From an uncultured Staphylococcus sp. (GTDB lineage Bacteria; Bacteroidota; Bacteroidia; Bacteroidales; Muribaculaceae): 64,000 bases of DNA. Of the stretch, positions 50,758 to 59,865 are shown in pieces. The position numbers and the translations under genes are program-made. How positions within the stretch are numbered: position 1 is the first letter of the stretch; each line of letters opens with the position of its first letter. The DNA is taken from NCBI GenBank assembly GCA_964546905.1, contig CAZJKU010000002.1:52896-116895 (forward strand). Direction: 5' to 3'. The notes under the pieces were generated by a model. It did not search any database. It worked only from the letters and a program-made list of their open reading frames with translations, and was not told the DNA's origin.

Positions 50758-51132
50758 ATGAACGGATGGATCACCATATTGCTCCTCATCATCTCCAATG
50801 TCTTCATGACCTTTGCATGGTATGGCCACATCAAGCTCCAGCAGATGAACGTAATCACCTCATCGACACCGCTCATCATCGTAATCCTCATCTCGTGGGG
50901 CATCGCCCTGCTCGAATACCTGTTCATGATTCCCGCCAACCGCATGGGTTTTCATGAAAACGGCGGCCCATTCTCACTCATGCAGCTCAAGGTGATCCAG
51001 GAGGCCGTCACCCTGGTGATATTCACCATCTTCACCATATTCTTTTTCCGCAACGAAACTCTCCACTGGAATCACTTCGCGGCCTTCGTCTGCCTGATAC
51101 TTGCCGTCTACTTCGTGTTCATGGACAAGTGA
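50758..51132 (+). CDS. DMT family protein (DUF486-like)
   Basis: SNVFMTFAWYGH, SWGIA..EY, QLKVIQE. Confidence 0.9.
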   Translation: MNGWITILLLIISNVFMTFAWYGHIKLQQMNVITSSTPLIIVILISWGIALLEYLFMIPANRMGFHENGGPFSLMQLKVIQEAVTLVIFTIFTIFFFRNETLHWNHFAAFVCLILAVYFVFMDK

Positions 51133-51151
51133 TTCCACCCTCTCCTCATAA

Positions 51152-53341
51152 ATGAAACTGATAGATCAAGCCACTGTACAACGCATCCTCGACGCTGCCG
51201 ACATCGTGGAAGTCGTATCTGACTTCGTCAGCCTGAAGCGTCGCGGAGCCAACTATATAGGCCTGTGCCCGTTTCACAACGAGCGCACGCCGTCGTTTTC
51301 CGTATCCAAGGCCAAGGGAATATGCAAGTGTTTCAGCTGCGGCAAGGGAGGCAGCCCGGTCAACTTCATTATGGAGCACGAGCAGATGTCCTACAACGAA
51401 GCCCTGCGCTATCTCGCCAAGAAATACAATATCGAGATCGTGGAGCAGGAACTCACCGAGGAGCAGCGCGAGCGCGAGCGTGACCGCGAAAACATGTTTG
51501 CGGTCAACGAGTGGGCCATGCAGCATTTCGAGAAAAACCTCGTGGACACGCCTGACGGGCGCGACATAGGCCTCTCATACTTCCGCCACCGTGGCATAAG
51601 CGACGAGATGATAAAGCTGTTTCATCTCGGATATGCCCTTGAAAAAAGCGACGCACTCTACACCGAGGCCATCGCCCGCGGATTCAGCGAGAAATACCTC
51701 CTCTCCACCGGGTTATGCAGCAGGACTGACCGCGGCACGGTCTACGACCGCTTCCGTGGCCGCGTGATCTACCCGGTGCTGACCCTTTCGGGCAAAGTGG
51801 TGGCCTTCGGAGGCCGCACGCTCAAGACTGACAAGTCGATGGCCAAGTATGTCAACTCGCCCGAAAGCGAGATTTATCTCAAGCGCAAGGTCCTCTACGG
51901 GCTTTATCAGGCCAAGAAATCCATCGTGAAGCTCGACCGCTGCTATCTCGTGGAAGGCTACATGGACGTGATCTCGATGTACCAGTCAGGGATCACCAAT
52001 GTAGTGGCGTCGTCGGGCACGTCGCTCACCTCCGAGCAAGTGTCGCTCATCCATCGCTTCACGTCCAATGTCACCGTGATCTACGACAGCGACGCCGCCG
52101 GCATCAAGGCTTCTCTGCGCGGTATCGACATGCTTCTCGCCGAGGGCCTGAATGTGAAGGTAGTCCTCTTTCCCGAGGGCGAGGACCCTGACTCCTACGC
52201 CCGAACCCATTCATCCACCGAGGTCGAGCAGTATCTTGCCGACCATTCCACCGATTTCATCCGGTTCAAGACCGACATACTGATGCAGGGCGTGGCGAGC
52301 GACCCCGTGCGCCGCTCCGAGGCGATTTCCGACATCGTCCGCTCTATCGCCCATATCCCCGATGAGATCACCCGTAACGTCTACGTGCAGGAATGTGCCC
52401 GCGACTTCGCCATCGACGAGAAAGTGCTTCAGCGTCAGGTTGCCAAGCACTATGAGCAGCTCCGCGAAAAGGAGTTTCACGAGCGCGAGAAAAGCGCCGT
52501 AGCCGGCGAAGCGACCGCACCCGCAGCCATAGCGTCGTCACCCGAAAGCCCTGCCGAAGCTACGGGTCAGCGCGCCGGGCAGTCGGGCGACACGGCAGCG
52601 TTTCTGCGTCCGTTTGAGAAAGGGGTGCTGAAACTCGCCATAAAATACGGATTGCTGTCGTTCTGCGAGTCAGGTACCGATGACGGGACATCGACCACGC
52701 TCACAGTGCTTAAATATATCACCGACGAGCTCGGAGCCGACGGAATCACATTTTCCAATCCCGACTGCCGGGCGATTTTCGACGAGATCATCCTCCTTTC
52801 CGCCTCCCGCTGGCCCGAAGATTACAGGGCGAAATATGCCTCGCTCGAAGTCACCCGTTCACGCGAGTTTGAAGAGGGCATCCGCCACATCCGCGAGACC
52901 GCTACCGACATAGGCAGCATCAACGCCATGGAGCAGCAGCTGCAGGAGCGTGTCGATGCCGATTTCAACACGCGCATCGACAATTTTGCCGTGGACTATC
53001 TCGCCCAGTCGTTTCTATCTCACCCCGACTCGGCCATTCGCCTGCTTGCCAACGAACTCGTCATCGAAAAATACCAGCTCTCCAAGGTCCACACCAAGTT
53101 TTCCCATATAGAGACCGAGCAGGAGCAGCTGCTCGATCTCGTGCCACGTAAACTCTTCGAGCTGAAGGATGCGATACTTTGCCTGCGGCTGCGCGAAGTC
53201 CGCGCCGAAATGACAGCTGCACAGCGCGACACCGACTTCGCCACCGTGATCGCCCTGCTGTCACGCCAGAAGGAAATCGAGGACCTGCGCAAGGAACTTG
53301 CAAAACTCATCGGCGACCGCGTAATCTCCCCCCGAAGGTGA
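51152..53341 (+). CDS. dnaG: DNA primase
   Basis: CPFH..CFSC zinc-binding domain, KYVNSPE, TOPRIM VEGYMDV..YDSDAAG. Confidence 0.98.
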   Translation: MKLIDQATVQRILDAADIVEVVSDFVSLKRRGANYIGLCPFHNERTPSFSVSKAKGICKCFSCGKGGSPVNFIMEHEQMSYNEALRYLAKKYNIEIVEQELTEEQRERERDRENMFAVNEWAMQHFEKNLVDTPDGRDIGLSYFRHRGISDEMIKLFHLGYALEKSDALYTEAIARGFSEKYLLSTGLCSRTDRGTVYDRFRGRVIYPVLTLSGKVVAFGGRTLKTDKSMAKYVNSPESEIYLKRKVLYGLYQAKKSIVKLDRCYLVEGYMDVISMYQSGITNVVASSGTSLTSEQVSLIHRFTSNVTVIYDSDAAGIKASLRGIDMLLAEGLNVKVVLFPEGEDPDSYARTHSSTEVEQYLADHSTDFIRFKTDILMQGVASDPVRRSEAISDIVRSIAHIPDEITRNVYVQECARDFAIDEKVLQRQVAKHYEQLREKEFHEREKSAVAGEATAPAAIASSPESPAEATGQRAGQSGDTAAFLRPFEKGVLKLAIKYGLLSFCESGTDDGTSTTLTVLKYITDELGADGITFSNPDCRAIFDEIILLSASRWPEDYRAKYASLEVTRSREFEEGIRHIRETATDIGSINAMEQQLQERVDADFNTRIDNFAVDYLAQSFLSHPDSAIRLLANELVIEKYQLSKVHTKFSHIETEQEQLLDLVPRKLFELKDAILCLRLREVRAEMTAAQRDTDFATVIALLSRQKEIEDLRKELAKLIGDRVISPRR

Positions 53342-53394
53342 CATCCACGGCGGATTTGTAGAATGTCGATGTTGAAAATATGCCGCTTTTTCAA

Positions 53395-53402
53395 TAACTT
53401 TG
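53395..53402 (+). promoter_or_regulatory. -7 box TAACTTTG for the methyltransferase
   Basis: TAnnTTTG 33 nt upstream of ATG 53435. Confidence 0.65.
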
Positions 53403-53434
53403 CGGTAACAGAACTCCTCCGACAACATTAAAAC

Positions 53435-55321
53435 ATGAGATACTTAGGAAGTAAGGATAAAATATTACCGGCCATCCAATCCCTTCTTTACGAGAAAGGA
53501 TTAATGAATCCTTCATTTCGTTTTTTCGATGCTTTTTGCGGCACAGGATCAGTAGCCAACAGCCTTAAGAACATCTATAAAATCATAATCAATGATTCGA
53601 TGCAATGGAGCGTATTATTTTCAAAAGGGCGCATCATTGGAAAATCATGCGATTTCAAGAAATTGGGATTTAACCCGTTTCAATACTTTTCTGAGCATCA
53701 GGATATCGAAAAGGGGTTCTTCTATCATAACTATTCTCCGGGAGGATCTGAACGAATGTATTTTACATCCGAAAATGCAGGAAGAATAGATTTTATCCGA
53801 TCTACAATTGAGCGGTGGAAGCAAATGGGCTTAATCTCAGATAACGAATTTGCTTATCTAATCTATTGTTTGATTGAGGCGGTATCAAGTGTAGCAAATA
53901 CGGCTGGTGTATATGGGGCATATCTTAAGCACTGGGATCCACGCTCTCAGCATAAACTAAAAATTACACCTATAACCGAGAATTTATTTGACGATGTAGA
54001 TTCGACTTGCCGGTTAGAAGCACATTGCTCCAAAATTGAGGATATCATAACTCAGATAGATTGTGATATTCTGTATCTTGATCCGCCATATACCCAGAAT
54101 CAGTATGGAACTCAATATCATTTACTGGAAACACTTGTACTTAATGATAATCCGGAAATCAGTAAAGTGACCGGCTCAAGACCGGTTACACCCATGAAAT
54201 CTTTATGGTCAAAAGATATATATTGCCAGGTATTGTTTGATTACGTTATATCCAACACTACCGCCAGATATATAATTTTGAGCTATAATAATGATGGCAT
54301 CATGTCAAAAGATTTTATTGAGGCTACACTCAAACGTTATGGTAGGAATGAGACGTATGAGTGCATCGAAATTGATTATAAGAAATATAATAATTTTAAA
54401 TGCAGGGAACGAAATGGTCACTTGGAATACCTTTTTTTCATCGAAAAAAAATGTGAGAAAGATATAATCTTTGAATCACCTTTGAATTATAGTGGCAGTA
54501 AAGCAAAGATGATACCTGACATCAAGTCACACCTACCTGATAATATTGAGACCTTTGTGGATGTATTCGGTGGTGGTTTCAACGTGGGAATAAACGTGGA
54601 GACCAATAGAGTAATCTATAACGATATTAATCAGTATGTGGTGGGGCTGATTCATTCTTTTTACGAAAAAGATTCAGTTGAGTACTTTAAAGCAATCAAC
54701 CGATTGATAAAGGAATATGGACTTGCCCCCAACAACAAGGAAGGCTATCTTAAGATTAGAGATAAATACAATTCAATAAGTAAGTCAGAGAGATCGGCCA
54801 TAATGTTATACGCCCTAATTCTATTCGGATTTCAGCAACAGATCCGATTTAATGCCGATCATGGTTTTAATGTACCATGTGGCTCAAGGCGATTCAATGA
54901 CAGGATTATTGCGAAATTCATTTCTTTTTCCCGCATGATAAAGAAATTGAATATTGAGTTCAGAAATAGCTCGTTTGTGGAGTTAGAGGACCTGATAGGT
55001 AATAACTCCTTTTTCTACTTCGATCCTCCTTATAGGGAGACTAAAGCTACTTATAATGATGGTAAACGAGGTTTTGAAGGCTGGAGTATCGAGCATGAGA
55101 GAGAACTGTGCAGGTTTATAGACAAAATCAATCTTGCCGATGACAAATTTATGCTGTCATATATTATTCAAAATGATAATTTTTATAATTATGAAATTGA
55201 GAATTGGGCTTTAAAGCAGGGATATAACATTATACCGGTGAAAAATACTCAGGGTAGATACAATGACCGTAATGAAGTTCTGATTACAAACTACAATAAT
55301 GGCAGCAATAATCTCTTATAA
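53435..55321 (+). CDS. Fused double N6-adenine DNA methyltransferase (M.FokI-like)
   Basis: N-half FFDAFCGTG + LYLDPPY; C-half SPLNYSGSK, FVDVFGGGFNVG + FYFDPPY, YNDGKRGF, EVLITNY; AT-rich. Confidence 0.93.
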   Translation: MRYLGSKDKILPAIQSLLYEKGLMNPSFRFFDAFCGTGSVANSLKNIYKIIINDSMQWSVLFSKGRIIGKSCDFKKLGFNPFQYFSEHQDIEKGFFYHNYSPGGSERMYFTSENAGRIDFIRSTIERWKQMGLISDNEFAYLIYCLIEAVSSVANTAGVYGAYLKHWDPRSQHKLKITPITENLFDDVDSTCRLEAHCSKIEDIITQIDCDILYLDPPYTQNQYGTQYHLLETLVLNDNPEISKVTGSRPVTPMKSLWSKDIYCQVLFDYVISNTTARYIILSYNNDGIMSKDFIEATLKRYGRNETYECIEIDYKKYNNFKCRERNGHLEYLFFIEKKCEKDIIFESPLNYSGSKAKMIPDIKSHLPDNIETFVDVFGGGFNVGINVETNRVIYNDINQYVVGLIHSFYEKDSVEYFKAINRLIKEYGLAPNNKEGYLKIRDKYNSISKSERSAIMLYALILFGFQQQIRFNADHGFNVPCGSRRFNDRIIAKFISFSRMIKKLNIEFRNSSFVELEDLIGNNSFFYFDPPYRETKATYNDGKRGFEGWSIEHERELCRFIDKINLADDKFMLSYIIQNDNFYNYEIENWALKQGYNIIPVKNTQGRYNDRNEVLITNYNNGSNNLL

Positions 55322-56471
55322 GACAAATACTCAGAAGAAAGCAAATGGTTTTAAATCCATTTTGACACCTGGCATTCTGAGAGATATATGTGTACGTCTG
55401 ATAGGACAAACTCATTATATTGTACACGAAATCACCGACAAATACAATAAGGGAAGACTTCTTACTGTGAAATACGGTGACATGACTCATTATGTTACAG
55501 TATCGGAACAAAAAATCGATGGAAGAAATTCGAGTTTGCAGAGCGTATCCACTGCTTTAAACCAATACTATGCCGATCCTGATAATAACAAGCAACTTTG
55601 GTATTATTTCGTTCCTTATGCGGGAAATCCTTTCACCGATTATCATCTGGTCTATTATAGACTTATGTTAACCGCCGGAATAGGATTCCTAAATATTGAC
55701 TCATATTATAGCGGTTCCCTATCCCCGTTCTCAAGCGTTGATGAAATAATCACTGAGCGTAGCGAGAATCGGAATAGTAACAGGAGCAACAACTCTTCAT
55801 TTGTTACAAAAACGCAAGAACGAGTTCAATTATATGCCAAGACTTATGGGGCAAACAAATATGAATCCACAGTATTTGGTGTAGCTCTTTCCAAAATCAC
55901 TGATCGTCCGATTGATGTTTTTTCAGTATCAGAGCAAAATCTGAAAACACTGCCACGTCCATCAATTAATACTTTTAATCAGTTAGGTAACATCACCGTT
56001 TACAATACCTCGTTACATCTAAATAGACAGATAACTGATTCTGATGATCCACACCGTCTGCGGTCAGCCGCTTATTGCTTTAATCTATTGGACCGCATCG
56101 GAATAAAAAGGTGCGCTCTATGTAGTTGTGAGATTCCGGAAATCATTCATGGTGCCCATATATGGAGTGTGGCCGACATCAGGAAGTGCAGCACAATCAA
56201 TGACAGTCAGAAATATGCTCACGCCATAAACGCTCATAACGGATTATGGTTATGTCAAAATCATCATAAACTTTTTGATTCCAATTTCCTGGCTTTTGAT
56301 TCTGAGGGCCGATGCCTGATAAAACGAGACATTCCCCAACGTAATGAATCATTTATTCGCAATTCGGTAAATGTTACAATGTTAGGGAATCAAATAATCA
56401 GTGATGAATTTAAGTATTATCTTTCTCTACGAAATACAGTAATTGATCTCAGCAGGTATCAATCTATATAA
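55299..56471 (+). CDS. HNH endonuclease, putative cognate restriction enzyme
   Basis: C-terminal CALC..HGAHI..NGLWLCQNHHKLFD; 23-nt overlap with the MTase; AT-rich. Confidence 0.85.
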   Translation: MAAIISYKTNTQKKANGFKSILTPGILRDICVRLIGQTHYIVHEITDKYNKGRLLTVKYGDMTHYVTVSEQKIDGRNSSLQSVSTALNQYYADPDNNKQLWYYFVPYAGNPFTDYHLVYYRLMLTAGIGFLNIDSYYSGSLSPFSSVDEIITERSENRNSNRSNNSSFVTKTQERVQLYAKTYGANKYESTVFGVALSKITDRPIDVFSVSEQNLKTLPRPSINTFNQLGNITVYNTSLHLNRQITDSDDPHRLRSAAYCFNLLDRIGIKRCALCSCEIPEIIHGAHIWSVADIRKCSTINDSQKYAHAINAHNGLWLCQNHHKLFDSNFLAFDSEGRCLIKRDIPQRNESFIRNSVNVTMLGNQIISDEFKYYLSLRNTVIDLSRYQSI

Positions 56472-56509
56472 CGAAATACGAAAATACTGCGAATAACATC
56501 CCGGCACAT

Positions 56510-56548
56510 ATATTGTAACTCTTATCGCATATTGTAACTCTTATCGCA
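56510..56548. repeat. Perfect 19-bp tandem duplication ATATTGTAACTCTTATCGC x2
   Basis: Read directly from the sequence (56510-56528 and 56529-56547). Confidence 0.95.
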
Positions 56549-56569
56549 GGGATTGTCAAAATTAATGAT

Positions 56570-56577
56570 TATATTTG
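56570..56577 (+). promoter_or_regulatory. -7 box TATATTTG for murB
   Basis: TAnnTTTG 32 nt upstream of ATG 56609. Confidence 0.65.
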
Positions 56578-56608
56578 TAGCGTTAACACGTAAAATCTCT
56601 GCACCGCA

Positions 56609-57604
56609 ATGATTACCATTCAGGAAAACATATCTCTGAAGCCCCTCCACACCATGGGCCTTGACGTGAACTGCCGCCGGCTGATCAAGTTCACCACCGC
56701 GTCTGACCTCAGCCGCATCCGTGGCATGTTAAGTGCCGGCGAGCCGCTGCTGGTGATGGGAGCCGGAAGCAACCTGCTGTTCACAAGCGACTTTGACGGA
56801 ACGATCATAGTTCCTGCCATCAACCATATCGACTTCTCGGGGAGCGACGTGACCGCCGGTGCCGGAGTGGAGATGGACCGCCTGGTGGAAGAGGCTTGTC
56901 TACGCGACCTGTGGGGACTTGAAAACCTCTCGGGTATTCCCGGCACTGCCGGAGCAAGCGTGGTCCAGAACGTGGGTGCCTACGGCGTGGAAGCCGGGGA
57001 TCTCGTCAAGACTGTATATGTATATGATCTCGCCACAGGCTTTCAGGAGAGATATGATCGCGAGCAGTGTTGTTTCGGCTACCGCGACTCAGTGTTCAAG
57101 CATCAGAGCGGGAAGATAATCCTCGGCGTTACCTTCAGGCTGTCGGCATGGCCCAATCCCCGCCTCAACTACGGCAACCTGAAGCAGATGCTTGCCGGAA
57201 TCCCCATGTTGCGGCCCGTCGACGTAAGGCGTGCGGTGCTGGAGATACGCGACTCCAAACTCCCGGCCCCCGGGGTGACGGGAAGTGCAGGCAGTTTCTT
57301 CAAGAATCCGGTAATGAAGGCCGAGGAATTTGAAGATCTGAAAAGCCGCCTGGGCGAGACCGACATACCATTCTTCAGCGGCGAGGACGGCATAAAGGTC
57401 CCAGCGGCATGGCTCATTGACCGCGCCGGCTGCAAGGGCATGACCGAAGGGGGAGCTGCCGTGTGGGACAAGCAGCCTCTCGTGATTGTAAATTCCACGG
57501 GCGACGCGTCGCCCGACGACGTAATAAATCTCGAAAACCGCATCAGAGAGGCGGTAGAAACCTACTGCGGTATCACCCTCGTCCCCGAAGTGCAGCACGT
57601 ATAA
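56609..57604 (+). CDS. murB: UDP-N-acetylmuramate dehydrogenase
   Basis: GAGSNLLF, GLENLSGIPG, QNVGAYG, FGYRDSVFK, GSAGSFFKNP. Confidence 0.97.
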   Translation: MITIQENISLKPLHTMGLDVNCRRLIKFTTASDLSRIRGMLSAGEPLLVMGAGSNLLFTSDFDGTIIVPAINHIDFSGSDVTAGAGVEMDRLVEEACLRDLWGLENLSGIPGTAGASVVQNVGAYGVEAGDLVKTVYVYDLATGFQERYDREQCCFGYRDSVFKHQSGKIILGVTFRLSAWPNPRLNYGNLKQMLAGIPMLRPVDVRRAVLEIRDSKLPAPGVTGSAGSFFKNPVMKAEEFEDLKSRLGETDIPFFSGEDGIKVPAAWLIDRAGCKGMTEGGAAVWDKQPLVIVNSTGDASPDDVINLENRIREAVETYCGITLVPEVQHV

Positions 57605-57652
57605 TCCTGTCATCAATCAGAAATCAACATCACTCCATAACACGAATCAAAA

Positions 57653-58963
57653 TTGAGCACATATATCATTGAAGGCGGACACCGCCTCCACGGTTCCATC
57701 AGGCCTCAGGGAGCAAAGAACGAAGCCCTGCAGGTAATAAGCGCGACACTCCTCACACCCGACCCGGTCGTGATCCACAACGTCCCCGACATCCTCGACG
57801 TGACCAATCTCATAGGCCTCCTCCAGGCCATGGGCGTAAAGGTGGAGAAACTCGGACCCGGAAGCTACCGTTTTCAGGCCGACGACCTTAACGAGGAATA
57901 CATTTCAAGTACCGATTTCGTGGCCCGGTGCGCCTCGCTGCGCGGTTCGGTTCTGGTGGTGGGACCGCTTCTCGCCCGCACCGGTCAGGCCTATTTCGCC
58001 AAGCCCGGAGGCGACAAGATTGGCCGCCGCCGTGTCGACACTCATATAGCCGGATTCACCCGCTTGGGCGCGATGATTTGTTTCAACGAAGAGCGTCAGG
58101 CCTATTACCTCGTCGCCGTCAATCCGCTCAAGGGCTGCTACATGCTCCTCGACGAGGCATCGGTGACCGGAACGGCCAACATCATCATGGCTGCGGCCAT
58201 GGCTCAGGGCGTGACCACAATATATAATGCCGCCTGCGAGCCTTATATCCAGCAACTGTGCCGTATGCTCGGTCGCATGGGCGTGAAGATCGAAGGTCTC
58301 GGCAGCAACCTGCTGACCATCCACGGCACCGACCGCCTGCACGGCACCGAGCATACCATCCTCCCCGACATGATCGAGGTAGGATCGTTCATAGGTATGG
58401 CCGCGCTGACTCGCAGCGAGTTGACTATCACCGATGTATCGCCCGAAAACCTCGGCATAATCCCCGATTCGTTCCGCCGGTTGGGCATAAATCTGACCGT
58501 AACCGATACTGACATCATCATTCCCGCTCAGGACACCTACGAGATCGAGACAAATCTTGACGGTTCAATCCCCACGATAGCCGACGCCCCCTGGCCCGGA
58601 CTGACACCTGACCTTCTGAGTGTGCTTCTCGTCACTGCCACCCAGTGCAAGGGGAGCGTGCTGATACATCAGAAAATGTTTGAGTCGCGACTCTTTTTTG
58701 TCGACCGTCTCATCGACATGGGAGCGCGCATAATGCTCTGCGACCCACATCGCGCCGTAGTCATTGGTCTCGATCACCGTTTTCCCCTGAGAGCCAACAG
58801 GATGCTGTCGCCCGACATACGTGCCGGAATCGCCATGCTGATAGCTGCGATGTCGGCTAACGGAGTGAGCCAGATCGACAACATTGACCAGATAGATCGC
58901 GGATATCAGTCGATAGATACCCGCCTTAACTCGATAGGTGCCTGCATCCATCGCCGTGATTAA
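57653..58963 (+). CDS. murA: UDP-N-acetylglucosamine 1-carboxyvinyltransferase (TTG start)
   Basis: QGAKNEAL, PGGDKIGRR (Asp variant), PDMIEVGS, PDIRAG. Confidence 0.95.
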   Translation: MSTYIIEGGHRLHGSIRPQGAKNEALQVISATLLTPDPVVIHNVPDILDVTNLIGLLQAMGVKVEKLGPGSYRFQADDLNEEYISSTDFVARCASLRGSVLVVGPLLARTGQAYFAKPGGDKIGRRRVDTHIAGFTRLGAMICFNEERQAYYLVAVNPLKGCYMLLDEASVTGTANIIMAAAMAQGVTTIYNAACEPYIQQLCRMLGRMGVKIEGLGSNLLTIHGTDRLHGTEHTILPDMIEVGSFIGMAALTRSELTITDVSPENLGIIPDSFRRLGINLTVTDTDIIIPAQDTYEIETNLDGSIPTIADAPWPGLTPDLLSVLLVTATQCKGSVLIHQKMFESRLFFVDRLIDMGARIMLCDPHRAVVIGLDHRFPLRANRMLSPDIRAGIAMLIAAMSANGVSQIDNIDQIDRGYQSIDTRLNSIGACIHRRD

Positions 58964-59137
58964 CAGATATCAAGTCTTTGCGCTACATGTTGCGAATTAA
59001 AGTTAAAATGGTCTTGTCAGTTTAAACTTTCAATCCTTAATCCCGTCATAATTACGTAGGCCGCAGGAAAGCGACCTGAAATTAAAAGTTGAAAGTAATA
59101 AACATAGAATAATTATAAACTTAAAACAATAGCAATT

Positions 59138-59614
59138 ATGAAAAAGACTATTTTAAGCCTCGCCGTACTTTTCGCAACCACTTTCTCGTTCTCGGCTCTC
59201 GCCCAGACTCCCGCAGCCACCTGCCCCGCAGGAGGCGATAAGACCGAGTGCTGCGACAACTTCCTCTTCGAGGGCATTATCCTCACTCCCGAGCAGCAGT
59301 CGCAGATCGAAGCCCTCAAGGCTTCATGTGATGCCAAGGCTAAAGCTGATAAAGATGCCAAGAAGGCCGACCGCAAAGCTGCCGCCGATGCAAGGAAAGC
59401 CGCCAAGAAAGACCGTCTCAACAGCCTCAAGGCTATCCTTACTCCCGAGCAGTATGTGATCTTCCTTGAAAACTCCTTTGTCAACGCTCCCGCCCGCCCC
59501 GGCAAGAATTTTGATACTTCCCGCATTGCACGCCACGGTGACAAGGGTAAAGCAAAAGCCAAAGACGGACGCAAAGGTGACCGCAAGGACGTAAAGAAAT
59601 CTGACAAGAAATAA
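59138..59614 (+). CDS. Periplasmic Spy/CpxP-like helical protein
   Basis: Signal peptide; two LTPEQ motifs; K/A/D-rich helices. Confidence 0.7.
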   Translation: MKKTILSLAVLFATTFSFSALAQTPAATCPAGGDKTECCDNFLFEGIILTPEQQSQIEALKASCDAKAKADKDAKKADRKAAADARKAAKKDRLNSLKAILTPEQYVIFLENSFVNAPARPGKNFDTSRIARHGDKGKAKAKDGRKGDRKDVKKSDKK

Positions 59615-59638
59615 TCGTTTGAAATAAACAAGTCCATC

Positions 59639-59672
59639 ATGAGGGTGAATCACTTATCTGATTCACCCTCAT
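59639..59672 (+). terminator. Intrinsic terminator
   Basis: 14-bp stem ATGAGGGTGAATCA/TGATTCACCCTCAT followed by a T-rich tract. Confidence 0.8.
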
Positions 59673-59865
59673 TGCTTTATTCTTGTTTCATCGTACCGCC
59701 GCCACCTCCGCAATAAAATCGCGCGCTATCTCACGCGCAAAATCAATTTTTCCCATAAATTACAATTCCATTGAACTTTGACAACGCCCTGATAAAACAT
59801 TTTCGGCCCGGCACGGGTTATAATTTCATACTATATACAAGATAATAATTTAAACACAACGATAT

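Noticed and set aside
53341-56548. Prophage or ICE at the RM locus
   Set aside because: No integrase, relaxase, tRNA att site or phage genes; only two ORFs
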